A stretch of 64,000 nt of DNA from Eledone cirrhosa (GCA_964016885.1 OZ024749.1:56668001-56732000); one strand, 5' to 3'; shown: positions 30,345 through 44,960, numbered from the stretch's first letter. A program made the numbers and translations. The notes: generated by a model not told the origin, from the sequence alone.

Positions 30345-30695
30345 AGAATGTATGTGTACTAGACTTAACATGTTAAATGTGATATGCTAGATTTTACAGT
30401 TAAATTTGGAACAATATATAGATTTGTAAATATAGATCATCTACAATTTAAGAAACCTTTCACCACTGTCAACAGGAAAACCTGCAACATTGAGCCGTTA
30501 TATGAAGTATATAACAACAACAACATCACCAACAACTGCTACTGTAGCATCTATTGCGCTTCTTTCCAGTCTGGCAATAAATTATTGTATATATGCACTT
30601 TTATATCGCTGTGTAGAACCAATAACAACATAGTCAATGTAAATATGACAAATATACGTACATATATGTAGATGTGAATGAATATATATACATAT

Positions 30696-30761
<66 letters not shown>

Positions 30762-31008
30762 TCATATGTTTCTATATGTTACATGTGTACGTATGTGTAT
30801 ATATAATATATCATATATTCTGTAGAATGTCAACAAGAAAGAATTGGTGCCAGAAACCATAGATTTGCTGAATATAGGAATAGATTGTTTTGAGGCAGAA
30901 ACCCACGACTCCATCTACAGATAGTATATTAGATACACATAATACACACACATAATCACATACACATACACACACACACACAATCACACATATTTTGTGC
31001 ACAATTTA

Positions 31009-31096
31009 TAGAAATGAATTCTACAGGACTAGCAGTGTTTCATTTTTAAGAAATCACCCAAATGATTTCTTACGAATGCATCGAAACGTCAGATTA
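31009..31096. mobile_element. Degenerate HH1 inverted pair followed by catc-GAAA-cg-TC half motif
   Basis: ttctacaggactagcagtgtttcatt..agaaatca and tgatttcttacgaatg. Confidence 0.55.
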
Positions 31097-31116
31097 TCAA
31101 GACTCACTATTTCGCC

Positions 31117-31177
<61 letters not shown>

Positions 31178-31313
31178 CAAAAGGGATATTCAATTTGTTG
31201 GTAATTAAACAAATATAAATGTTTATAACTGATTCAGAGCACTCGACAAGTTTTCTGGAGTATAATATTCAATGATTTTAAATAAATGGAAACTATATTT
31301 ATAAAACCATATT

Positions 31314-31374
31314 TATTCTATTATATATATTTCAACGGTACCAAAACTTTGGTACGCTTTCATCAGATAAAATA
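31314..31374 (-). ncRNA. Type I hammerhead ribozyme, canonical core
   Basis: tattttat-CTGATGA-aagcgtaccaaagttttggtaccgtt-GAAA-tatata-TA-atagaata; 8-bp stem I, long stem II, palindromic stem III. Confidence 0.7.
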
Positions 31375-31606
31375 CAAAGTTTGTTTTATAAATTTTGACA
31401 TAACCAAGAAAAGATACCTTACCGGTTCAAGTTTTTCTTGGATAGTGAAAGGATAAGAGAAGAAAAGTCAGATATTTCAAATTGTTAAGATGAGTATTCA
31501 ATGAGGTTGAGGTATAGGGCCGAATAAACGTTGACGGACGTAAGAATGAAAACTCAATACCGAAGTAGAATTTACATATTCATTTATTATGGCTAAGCCT
31601 TGTTAC

Positions 31607-31684
31607 TCTGGAGTCCCACCTGAGTACTCACAGGATAATCAGGCAAGACTGGGGATCCTGTGAGTGCGCAGGTGAAACTTTAGA
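31607..31684 (+). other. Imperfect ~78-nt stem-loop
   Basis: cacctgagtactcacaggat / atcctgtgagtgcgcaggtg, extended by tctggagt / actttaga with G.U pairs. Confidence 0.6.
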
Positions 31685-31728
31685 ATATCAAAGCTCACCA
31701 ATAGCCATAATAAATGATATATAATATA

Positions 31729-31791
<63 letters not shown>

Positions 31792-31885
31792 GGAGATGAA
31801 TAAATTGGGTACAATACCAGTTTCTTACCAAATGCGAAGAAGCTGGACATATTAATCCCTTAGGAAAGGGCAAAAAAGCATTAAA

Positions 31886-31923
<38 letters not shown>

Positions 31924-32399
31924 CATATATATATAATGTATATATATAATATATATATATATACAGTGGCGGTGGAACTGGGGTGTGGTGTGGTGCATAA
32001 CCCCCTCCAATAATATTGTCTACCCTAACTACCAAATCACACATCTATTTGGATATGTGCTACAATTTATGTTCATGTTATGTTTATTTGACCATTTTAG
32101 AGTGCAAAGAGTTAAACTGACCACTACAACTAAATTGTCCAAATTTGCTCCACCGCCTCTGACACTAAAACCATTACCAACGACCCCACCTTCAGCATTA
32201 TACCACACGAGTGACATTACAACCACTTACATAGTCATACTAACCTACCACAACTCTCCTCTATACCACCACCACCACCATGTCAACTACTTTACCACAC
32301 CACTCATACTACAACCACTACCACGGTTATAACCAGAGGTTGTATAACCACACCTCTCTCAACTAAATATGACCACCACTGGCTTAACTACGTCACTGC

Positions 32400-32958
32400 C
32401 AACACCACCACCACCACCACCACCACCACCACCACCACCACCACCAGCACCACTCCCACCACCACCACCACCACCACCGCCACTACCTCTACCACCATCA
32501 CCTCTACCACCATCATCACTAACAACAACAACATCATCATCAACATCATCACCAACACCATCATCACCAACAACAACAACACCATCACCAACAACATCGT
32601 CATCACCAACAACACCAACACCAACACGATCATCACCAACACCAACAACACCAACACCATCGTCAATAGCAACAACAATTAAGCCACCACTAACACCACC
32701 AACAGCAACTACAAGTACTATCAACTTCAATATGACCACCACCACCACTACCACCACCACTACTATCACATAAGCCACACCTACCACCACTACTACATAA
32801 GCCACACCTACCACTATAACAATTTACCAATACCAATAATAGCAGAACCACGCCCCTCTCACCCCCCCCCCGCCAAGATATAGAACTACCAGCAGTGACC
32901 AAACATAAGTTCTCAGCTAGTTGAACTACTACTACTATAACTACTACTACTACTATAG

Positions 32959-33006
<48 letters not shown>

Positions 33007-35134
33007 TAGCTACTACTACTGCTGCTACTACTACTACTGCTACTACTACTACTGCTGCTGCTGACAGTTTTAACAATACTAAATATCTTTACAAGCTAAA
33101 AGAAATTTCTTACTAGAAATAGCAGCCGAGACTCCCTCCTTCAACCCCTCCAGCACCACCACTACGACTAGTACCACCACCACTACTACACAACACCACT
33201 ACGACTAGTACCACCACCACTACGACACACCACCACTACGACTAGTACCACCACCACTACTACACAACACCACTAATAGACACCACCACCACGACACACC
33301 ACCACTACTACACACAAGCACTACCACACACCACCACTACTACACACCAGCACTACTACACACCAGCACTACTACACACCAGCACTACCACACACCACCA
33401 CTACCACACACCAGCACTACTACATACCAGCACTACTACACACCAGCACTACCACACACCACCACTACCACACACCACCACTACTACACACCACCACTAC
33501 CACACACCACCACTACTACACACCACCACTACCACACACCACCCCTACCACACACCAGCACTACTACACACCACCACTACTACACACCACCCCTACCACA
33601 CACCACCACTACTACACACCACCACTACCACACACCACCCCTACCACACACCACCACTACCACACACCACCACTACTACACACCACCACTACCACACACC
33701 ACCCCTACCACACACCACCACTACCACACACCACCACTACTACACACCAGCACTACCACACACCACCACTACCACACACCACCACTACCACACACCACCA
33801 CTACTACACACCAGCACTACCACACACCAGCACTACCACACACCACCACTACCACACACCAGCACTACTACACACCAGCACTACTACACACCAGCACTAC
33901 CACACACCACCACTACCACACACCACCACTACCACACACCAGCACTACTACACACCAGCACTACTACACACCAGCACTACCACACACCACCACTACTACA
34001 CACCACCACTACCACACACCACCACTACTACACACCACCACTACCACACACCACCCCTACCACACACCAGCACTACTACACACCACCACTACCACACACC
34101 ACCACTACCACACACCACACACCACCACTACCACACACCACCACTACCACACACCACACACCACCACTACTACACACCACCACTACTACACACCACCACT
34201 ACTACACACCAGCACTACAACACACCACCACTACTACACACCACCACTACCACACACCACCACTACCTTCATTAATTAATCCTAGAACTATTTAGAAAGA
34301 AAACAGTAGATATTGTCCTCAATACTCTCAAGTCTGAATACTTGATGCAGACGTCTCCCCAGCTAGGCCTGGCCTAGGGCTAAATAAAACAATGACTACT
34401 ACAACAACATTACTAGTCACTAGCAACACCACCACCACTGTCAACACCACCACCACTACTACTACCACCAACACCACCACCACTGTCACCACCACCACGA
34501 ACACTACAACCACTGTCACCACCAACACCACCACCAACACTACTACCACCAACACTACCACCACTGTCAACACCACCACCAACACTACTACCACCAACAC
34601 CACCACCACTGTCACCACCACCACGAACACTACCACCACTGTCAACACCACCACCACTGTCAACACCAACACCACTGTCACCACCAACACCACCACCACT
34701 GTCCCCACCACCACTGTCCCCACCACCACCAACACTACCACCACTGTCAACACCACCACCACTGTCAACACCAACACCACCACCAACACCACCACCACTA
34801 TCACCACCACCACCAACACTACCACCACCACCAACACTACTACCACCAACACCACCACCACTGTCACCACCACCACCAACACTACCACCACTGTCAACAC
34901 CACCACCACGAACACTACCACCACCACCGTCACCAGCACCAACACTACTACCACCAACACTACTACCACCAACACCACCACCACTACTACCACCAACACC
35001 ACCACCACTGTCACCACCACCACGAACACTACCACCACCACCGTCACCACCACCAACACTATCTACAACAGACACACTTGCAACATTTAACCCATAAATA
35101 CACTAGTAGCAGTAGTAGAGGGGTGGCAGCAGTT

Positions 35135-35168
<34 letters not shown>

Positions 35169-35314
35169 AGGTGGTAGTAGTGTTAGTAGTTGTAGTAGTG
35201 GTGGTAGTAGTAGTAGTAGAGGTGGTAGTAGTAGTAGTTGTGGTAATAGTAGGTGGTAGTAGTAGTAGAGGGGCTGGTAGTAGTAGTAGAGGTGGTAGTA
35301 GTAGTAGTAGTAGA

Positions 35315-35360
<46 letters not shown>

Positions 35361-37220
35361 ATTGTGGTAGTAGTAGAGGTGGAGGTAGTAGTAGTGGTAG
35401 TAGTAGCTGTGGTAGTAGTAGTTGTGGTAATAGTAGTAGTTGTGGTAGTACTAGTAGTTGTGGTAGTAGTAGTAGAGGTGGTAGTAGTGTTAGTAGTTGT
35501 AGTAGTGGTGGTAGTAGTAGTAGTAAAGGTGGTGGTAGTAGTAGTAGAGGGGGTGGTAGTAGTAGAGGTGGTAGTAGTAGTAGAGGTCGTAGTAGTAGTA
35601 GGTGGTAGTAGAGGTAGTAGTAGTAGTAGTGATTGTGGTAGTAGTAGTGGTAGTAGTAGCTGTGGTAGTAGTAGTTGTGGTAGTAGTAGAGGTGGTAGTA
35701 GTTGTGGTAGTAGTAATAGAGGTGGTAGTAGTAGTTGTGGTAGTAGCTGTAGTAGTAGTAGTAGAGGTGGTAGTAGTAGTTGTGGTAGTAGCTGTGGTAG
35801 TAGTAGAGGTGGTAGTAGTAGTGGTAGTTGTAGTTGTGGTAGTAGTAGAGGTGGTAGTAGTAGTTGTGGTAGTAGTAGTTGTGGTAGTAGTAGAGGTGGT
35901 AGTAGTAGTTGTGGTAGTAGTAGAGGTGGTAGTTGTAGTTGTGGTAGTAGTAGTTGTGGTAGTAGTAGAGGTGGTAGTAGTAGAGGTGGTAGTAGTAGTT
36001 GTGGTAGTAGTTGTGGTAGTAGTAGAGGTGGTAGTAGTAGTGGTAGTTGTAGTTGTGGTAGTAGTATGTGTGGTAGTAGTAGAGGTGGTAGTAGTAGAGG
36101 TGGTAGTAGTAGTTGTGGTAGTAGTAGAGGTGGTAGTTGTAGTTGTGGTAGTAGTAGTTGTGGTAGTAGCTGTAGTAGTAGTAGTAGTTGTGGTAGTAGC
36201 TGTGGTAGTAGTAGAGGTGGTAGTAGTAGTGGTAGTTGTAGTTGTGGTAGTAGTAGTTGTGGTAGTAGTAGAGGTGGTAGTAGTAGTTGTGGTAGTAGTA
36301 TGTGTGTGTAAATGCCTTCGAGGGTCATTTGGCTGCTTTTTCTAGCAGGTCGAAAAACAAGGCATAGCTTCAGGCGTTGTGTTGCTAGTGGTAACGGCAA
36401 TGATGATGAGGGAGAGGTGGAGGAAGGGGTGGAAAGGAATAGAAGTAGATGATGATGATGATGGGGATAAAGAGGAGGCGGTGCAGGAATGTGACGTAGA
36501 CACTTGTTGCAGCTGTGGGTGTGAATATAGTGGTTATATCTAGTAGTTATAGTTGTAGTGGTGGTGGTGGTAGTGGTGGTGGTGGTAGTGGTGGTGGTAG
36601 TGGAGGTGGTGGTAGTGGTGGAGGTGGTAGTGGAGGTGGTGGTAGTGGTGGTGGAGGTGGTGGTAGTGGTGGTGGAGGTGGTAGTGGAGGTGGTAGTGGT
36701 GGAGGTGGTGGTAGTGGTGGTGGAGGTGGTGGCGGTGGTGGTGGAGGTGGTGGTAGTGGTGGTGGAGGTGGTGGTGGAGGTGGTGGTGGAGGTGGTGGTA
36801 GTGGTGGTGGAGGTGGTGGTGGTGGAAGTGGTGGTAGTGGTGGTGGAGGTGGTGGTAGTGGTGGTGGAGGTGGTGGAGGTGGTGGAGGTGGTGGTAGTGG
36901 AGGTGGTGGTAGTGGAGGTGGTGGTAGTGGAGGTGGTGGTGGTGGTAGTGGAGGTGGTGGTGGTGGTAGTGGTGGTGGAGGTGGTGGTGGTGGTGGTGGA
37001 AGTGGTGGTAGTGGTGGTGGAGGTGGTGGTAGTGGTGGCGGAGGTGGTGGTAGTGGAGGTGGAGGTGGTGGAGGTGGTGGTAGTGGAGGTGGTGGTAGTG
37101 GAGGTGGTGGTAGTGGAGGTGGTGGTGGTGGTAGTGGAGGTGGTGGTGGTGGTAGTGGTGGTGGAGGTGGTGGTAGTGGTGGTGGAGGTGGTGGTGGTGG
37201 AGGTGGTAGTGGTGGTAGTC
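32400..37220. repeat. ~4.8-kb trinucleotide low-complexity domain (CCA/CTA then TAG/TGG)
   Basis: Directly visible; strand bias flips near 35090. Confidence 0.9.
33150..34268. repeat. 16-bp minisatellite acca(c/g)cactac(c/t)acac
   Basis: Directly visible. Confidence 0.9.
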
Positions 37221-37336
37221 TTTGTTGTTGTTTCCGTTAATGTTGTGACGATAATGATTGTGATTGCTACTGTTGCAGTTTTTAGTGGTTTAATATATTT
37301 GTGCAGATTCTGGTGCTTTTCCCGGCGGCGGCGGCG

Positions 37337-37367
<31 letters not shown>

Positions 37368-38251
37368 CAGTAGTAGTTTTAGTAGTAGTAGTTGTTGTTG
37401 TTGTTATTGATGTCATATTTATTGGGGGTGATTGTGGAGGTTTCCCTTGTTTTGTTGTTGTTGTTGTTGTCATTGACTGTTTTGGATTTATGACTGTTGT
37501 GGTTGTATGGTGGTGGGGTGTTGTGGAGGGGTGGGAGAATAAAGGACACGTAAGAAAACTCAATATAAATATTGGTGATGATGATGATGATAAGGAGGAA
37601 CAGTCTAATAGTATTAATGTTCTTGATGATGATGATAATTTGTCAGATGATAAATTTGAAAATTATTTGGACCAATAATAAAAGGGAAAGTCAGAGAAAG
37701 GGACTGTAAGTGGGTGAGAAGTATCCCTAAACTCATGTCCTCATAAATGTTTACAAAATTCATTGGAAATAATATATCTTAAAATATTACAAACAAAATT
37801 TATCCACAAAAACACCCAAAACATTACCTTTAAAAAAAAAAAAAAATCTGAAATAAAAATCCTACAAATTTTAGCCTCAAGAAACAAAATTATACAAAAA
37901 CGATACATAGAAAATTTCCCCACCCTAACACAAAACATTCCAGGCAGACTACTGTATTCCCCTCCGTCGAAGATGCTTCACCCTCGAAGACGTTACCCAG
38001 TTTTGACAACCAAAAATTTGAAAAACAATCATAAATATAAAAATAAGGTCCTGGCACATCAGGTCTTGTTTATCTAAATTGTATAATGATATTTTGTTTA
38101 TTTATTACTTTAACTCAGTATACTTTATACATGTGATTGAGAGGTCTTATACAGGAGTTCAGATTACTGTCTAGCAGAGAGATATTTCCTCAGGTGTTAG
38201 GATATGTCAATTAGAAGTGCAAGTTTCTGCTAGGAAATACTTTATATGAGT

Positions 38252-39683
38252 AAAACCCAACAAAGGTAACAAATCTGAGACAACATCACAAGCAAACAAT
38301 AAAACCCAACAAAGGTAACAAATCTGAGACAACATCAGAAGCAAACAATAAAACCCAACAAAGGTAACAAATCTGAGACAACATCAGAACCAAACAATAA
38401 AACCCAACAAAGGTAACAAATCTGAGACAACATCAAAAGCAACCAATATAAAACCCAACAAAGGTAACAAATCTGAGACAACATCAGAAGCAAACAATAA
38501 AACCCAACAAAGGTAACAAATCTGAGACAACATCAAAAGCAACCAATATAAAACCCAACAAAGGTAACAAATCTGAGACAACATCAGAAGCAAACAATAA
38601 AACCCAACAAAGGTAACAAATCTGAGACAACATCAGAAGCAAACAATAAAACCCAACAAAGGTAACAAATCTGAGACAACATCAGAAGCAAACAATAAAA
38701 CCCAACAAAGGTAACAAATCTGAGACAACATCAGAAGCAAACAATAAAACCCAACAAAGGTAACAAATCTGAGACAACATCAGAAGCAACCAATATAAAA
38801 CCCAACAAAGGTAACAAATCTGAGACAACATCAGAAGCAAACAATAAAACCCAACAAAGGTAACAAATCTGAGACAACATCAGAAGCAAACAATAAAACC
38901 CAACAAAGGTAACAAATCTGAGACAGCATCAGAAGCAAACAATAAAACCCAACAAAGGTAACAAATCTGAGACAACATCAGAAGCAAACAATAAAACCCA
39001 ACAAAGGTAACAAATCTGAGACAACATCAGAAGCAAACAATAAAACCCAACAAAGGTAACAAATCTGAGACAACATCAGAAGCAAACAATAAAACCCAAC
39101 AAAGGTAACAAATCTGAGACAACATCAGAAGCAACCAATATAAAACCCAACAAAGGTAACAAATCTGAGACAACATCAGAAGCAAACAATAAAACCCAAC
39201 AAAGGTAACAAATCTGAGACAACATCAGAAGCAAACAATAAAACCCAACAAAGGTAACAAATCTGAGACAGCATCAGAAGCAAACAATAAAACCCAACAA
39301 AGGTAACAAATCTGAGACAACATCAGAAGCAAACAATAAAACCCAACAAAGGTAACAAATCTGAGACAACATCAGAAGCAAACAATAAAACCCAACAAAG
39401 GTAACAAATCTGAGACAACATCAGAAGCAAACAATAAAACCCAACAAAGGTAACAAATCTGAGACAACATCAGAAGCAACCAATATAAAACCCAACAAAG
39501 GTAACAAATCTGAGACAACATCAGAAGCAAACAATAAAACCCAACAAAGGTAACAAATCTGAGACAACATCAGAAGCAAACAATAAAACCCAACAAAGGT
39601 AACAAATCTGAGACAGCATCAGAAGCAAACAATAAAACCCAACAAAGGTAACAAATCTGAGACAACATCAGAAGCAAACAATC
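38252..39683. repeat. 49-bp tandem repeat, ~29 units, with 345-bp higher-order repeat
   Basis: Unit aaaacccaacaaaggtaacaaatctgagacaacatcagaagcaaacaat; 51-bp variant units interspersed. Confidence 0.97.
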
Positions 39684-39959
39684 ATAAATATATCTTGACA
39701 AGGACAGACCACCAACTAATGATACAGACATCATTCTAGAGATAATTTACCTTATTAAGAAAAACTTTGTACTACAACACCGCCTCCATGACCACCACCG
39801 TGACCACCACCACCACCATCATCATTGTCTTATTATTGTTTTTATCCGTTTCCCTTGGTAACAGATAATCACAAATTATTGATATATCTTACAAAATATT
39901 TCTGATTACTGATTAGGAATATATATATGTATCTACACATACACTCAGCCCCCCCCCCA

Positions 39960-39963
39960 TATA

Positions 39964-40007
<44 letters not shown>

Positions 40008-40071
40008 AATATATATGTATGTATATATATATATAAATTTATATGTATGTATGCATATATATATATATATA

Positions 40072-40109
<38 letters not shown>

Positions 40110-40119
40110 TATATATATA

Positions 40120-40204
<85 letters not shown>

Positions 40205-40307
40205 TTATATGTATATATAAATATATGTATATATATAAATATATGTATATATATAAAATATATGTATATATGTATATATGTATGTATATATATTCATATA
40301 TATATTC

Positions 40308-40347
<40 letters not shown>

Positions 40348-40430
40348 TCATATATATATCCATAAATATATATGTATGTATGTATATGTATATGTGTATA
40401 TATATATGTATATATATATATATATATGTG

Positions 40431-40476
<46 letters not shown>

Positions 40477-40735
40477 CACATATATATATACACATATACA
40501 TATACATACATACATATATATACATATATATATACATACATACATATATATATATACATACATATATATATATATATATACATACATATATATATACATA
40601 CATACATATATATATACATACATACATATATATATACATACATACATACATATATATATACATACATACATATATACATACATATATACATATATACATA
40701 CATATATACATATATATACATATATACATATATAC

Positions 40736-40783
<48 letters not shown>

Positions 40784-41170
40784 ATCTATATACATATATA
40801 TACATACATATATACATACATATATATATATACTTACATATATATAAATATACATACACATATATACATATATATACATGCATACATATATATACATATA
40901 TATATATATATACATACATATAAATATACATACACATATATATACATATATATACATACATACATATATATATACATATATATACATACATACACATATA
41001 TATATATATATATATATACATATATATACATACATATATATATATACATACCTATATACATACATATATATATATACATACATATATATATATATATGCA
41101 TACCTATATATATACATATATATATACATACATATATACATACATATATATATACACTATATACATACAT
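39960..41170. repeat. Long (TA)n/(TACA) microsatellite
   Basis: Directly visible. Confidence 0.95.
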
Positions 41171-41525
41171 AAGGGATTATATGTAAATTTATGTATATCT
41201 TATTAGCTTCTACGTAGAAAGTTGTTTTATTTACTTACATTGTTTGTTTAGTTTGTTTTGTTTTACATTTTTCTTGTCATATTGTGTCATATGGCGGGAG
41301 ATGTAATTAGTCGACTTTTGTGTACTTTATACACACACATACCCTCACATACATGTGCATACACACATATATAAGCATATACTTGCACACACTCACAGAC
41401 TCGCATGCACTCATACACACACATATATATATATACGGGGCGTCCCCCAAAATGTATACAAACATCAACAGCATTCTAATGAAAGTGTGTATACATTTGT
41501 TGGGACACCATATATATATATATAT

Positions 41526-41741
41526 AGGAAAATGTTCAAGACCCCAACGGCAGAGCTCAAGGGCCATTTCGACGGCTATTTCTGGGCTAAATCTAATTTA
41601 GTCCAGAAATAGTCGTCGAAACGGCTTGAGCTCTGCCGTCGGGGTCTTGAACATTTTCCTATTTCCCACTCTACTACCCTAAGTATTCAGTACTCTGGTG
41701 CGTTATGGTCCATCTGGTTCCTTACCACACTTCCTTCGTTA
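41526..41741 (+). mobile_element. HH3 element, longest copy: palindrome 41526-41660 plus tail
   Basis: aggaaaatgttcaagacccc..ggggtcttgaacattttcct with GAAA-cggc-ttgagctct-gccg-TC in the right arm; TA tracts on both sides. Confidence 0.8.
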
Positions 41742-41825
41742 TATATATATTTCTGCTGGGTTCTGCTGTTAATATTTTATGTTATATTTTGCTCCAAAAC
41801 TTAACAACCAATACATATCAGTAGT

Positions 41826-42180
41826 ACACTACACACTACACACAATACACGTAGATACACACACACACACATACACTACACACTACATACAACACACGTA
41901 GATATACACACACACATACACTACACACTACACACTACACACTACATACAACATACGTAGATATATATACATACACTACACACTACATACAACACACGTA
42001 GATATATACACACACGTTACACTACACACAACACACGTAGATATATATATACACACACGTTACACACTACATACAACACACGTAGATATATATATACACA
42101 CACATATGTTACACACTACATACAACACACGTAGATATACACACACATATTACACACTTCACACAACACACAGATATACA
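41826..42180. repeat. Variable-length minisatellite (acactacatacaacacacgtagatata..)
   Basis: cacgtagata motif recurs every ~35-55 bp. Confidence 0.8.
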
Positions 42181-43055
42181 GAACACAGAAATACACACAC
42201 ATATTTACACACAACACAGATATCTACAGAACATATGAATACACAGAGACACACTCACACAATTAACGCCCGCACACAGACACTCACTCCCACAAACACA
42301 TGATATATACACACAGACACACAGACACAAACTGATAGAGACACTCACAGACACAAAACCAGAGTCCCATATATATACACATCCAAACAAACATTGTAAT
42401 CACTATATTTTCACCAATTCATTCGTATATAATTCTAGATAGGTTGTATATATAATTATGAAGAGATAAATTGATGTCCTTGTGTTTTTATTCCGTATGT
42501 ATTTACAGAAGGGTCGCTATCCTGCATATTGCACATCACTTGTTTTTATCTGTCTGTTTTTCGTATTTTTGTAATATTTTTTTTTTATAGTAATATGTTT
42601 TTGTGGTTAATTCCGTCGATCATATAAACTGAATGAGGTTTGTAAGGGTTATTTTAGGACCCAAACTGCTACCACTGGGCCACCCACCTCCAGGTTTTAA
42701 AATACACTAGAAATACCGTATATAAAAACGCTGCCCCTATAACTCATTCAAGAGTTAAAGGACCACGCTGGCATACTTATATTCATAAAAGAAATTTCCG
42801 ACATTTTAAAAAGATAACCTATTTAATAAAGGTATTGTATAAAACAGAAATAAAGTTATTTTGTTATTTAGCTAAGTAGGGGAAACTATTTCGCACATGT
42901 TTTGGTATTGTTGGATCTCCTCAGTGAAGATCGCCCTCCAACGTAGTCGTAAAAATAAAAATGAGAAAACCAGTTGTACGGATAGGAAATTAGTGGAACT
43001 GATTAAACGAGAGGCCACATTAACATGATAAAAGTGGTTAGGTTAATATCTAATA

Positions 43056-43300
43056 GAAATCGAAAATGCAACTGGATTCTTTTTAAGAATATTTATTTGG
43101 TTCCTTTACCGGATTCACAGTTCTTATGATTTTCAAAAGTAGAATTGTGATGGAGGGTTTGTGGTTTTTCTCGCATCTGAGAAAAACCACAAACCCTCCA
43201 TCACAATTCTACTTTTGAAAAGCATGAGAACTGTGAAACCGGTAAAGGAACCAAATATCCTTAAAAAGACCCCAGCTTCATTTTCGATTTCATCTTTTTT

Positions 43301-43304
<4 letters not shown>
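43056..43304. mobile_element. HH5 fold-back element, second copy
   Basis: Homologous to 22962-23231; + arm ctt-TTGAAAA-gca-tgagaac-tgt-GAAA-ccgg-TA-aag (43212-43247). Confidence 0.75.
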
Positions 43305-43336
<32 letters not shown>

Positions 43337-43525
43337 AATCTAGGGCCGTCTCACTCCTGTCAGAGGAACCCCTCCCTGGTTAACGTCAACCGCTTTGTTT
43401 GGTTTTGGTCATATCAGGGGTGTAGTCGTAGCCAGTAAGCTTGGCCAATTGCGGAATGGTGATACTATTTAACCTCTAATTAGGGTGGATGGCCGTTTAC
43501 TGTGTGGAGTTCATCTGCCTTTTTA

Positions 43526-43584
<59 letters not shown>

Positions 43585-43750
43585 CCAATCGTTCGAACTT
43601 TTACGAAGCCCTGAGAGGATACAGTTAATATTAAGAGTGGCGTGATGTGTGGAGATGCTGTAAAATAGGTTATAATATAGGGTGAAGAACCATGAAGATG
43701 GAAAAAGAAATTGCCATCGACCGATAGAAACTTCTTATTAGCACACCACC

Positions 43751-43808
<58 letters not shown>

Positions 43809-44035
43809 TAAAATAACATTAAAGTTTAAGCAAAGAATCTTCTATAGAAAGAGAGAGAGAGAGAGAGAGTCAAGTTGGTGGCTAGCTGGAAATGTAGTTG
43901 GTAGATGAGGCGAAGTTATAGTCGGCGGATATATAAATGGAATACGTTGTATAAAGTTTTGGATCGATAAATTGAGACATACACATGGTTAGATTACCTG
44001 ACACAGACACAAATAGATGATAGATGTGATAGCAG

Positions 44036-44069
<34 letters not shown>

Positions 44070-44388
44070 GAGTGGAAGAGAGAGGTGGTGGAGGTGTGGA
44101 GCTGTAGCTGGGGCCGTGACATAGCTCTAGGTTGTAAACTGAGAGAAATAGAATACAAGAACTCAGTACAGGCGAGGACTAAGTAAGAGAGAGAGAGAAT
44201 ATTAGAGTTAGAAAGAAACAGAGAACTGGAAAGAGAAAGGAGAGAGAAGTGGAAATACAGAGATAGAGAAGGGGGAGATAGAGAGGGGGGAGAGGGGGGC
44301 GAGAATGACAGTTCGCTAAAGAGAAGTTATACATATTTATAAAGTGAACGAATTAGACAGAGAGGGAGAGAGATGGAGAATAAATGGT

Positions 44389-44389
<1 letters not shown>

Positions 44390-44431
<42 letters not shown>

Positions 44432-44536
44432 AGAGAGAGAGAGAGAGAATGAGAGAGAGAGTGAATGAGAGAGAGAGTGAATGAGAGAGAGAGAGTGAGA
44501 ATAAGAGAGAGAGTGGATGAGAGAGAGAGAGTGAAT

Positions 44537-44611
<75 letters not shown>

Positions 44612-44902
44612 AGAGAGTGTGGATGAGAGAGAGAGAGTGAATGAGAGAGAGAGTGAATGAGAGAGTGGGAGAGAATGAGGGAGAATGAGAGAGAAAATGA
44701 GAGAGAGAGAATGAGAGAAAATGAGAGAGAGAGAATGAGAGAGAGAGAATGAGAATGAGAGAGAGAATGAGAGAAAATGAGAGAGAGGGAGAGAAAATGA
44801 GAGAGAGGGAGAGTAAATGAGAGGGAGCGGGAATGAGGGAGAGAGGGAGAGAGTAAATGAGAGGGAGAGTGAATAAGAGAGAGAGGGAGAGTGAATGAGA
44901 GT

Positions 44903-44936
<34 letters not shown>

Positions 44937-44960
44937 CTGAGTGAGTGAAAGTGAGAGACT
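44390..44960. repeat. (GA)n polypurine tract with gaatga interruptions
   Basis: Directly visible. Confidence 0.9.

Noticed and set aside
32359-37678. Mucin-like, Gly/Ser-rich, poly-Pro and acidic ORFs
   Set aside because: Open in several frames and on both strands because of trinucleotide repeats; no splice or domain support
38252-39683. CRISPR-like array
   Set aside because: Contiguous repeats with no unique spacers, no cas genes, eukaryotic context
42880-42930. Minus-strand CTGAGGA..GAAA
   Set aside because: No convincing stem II or stem I
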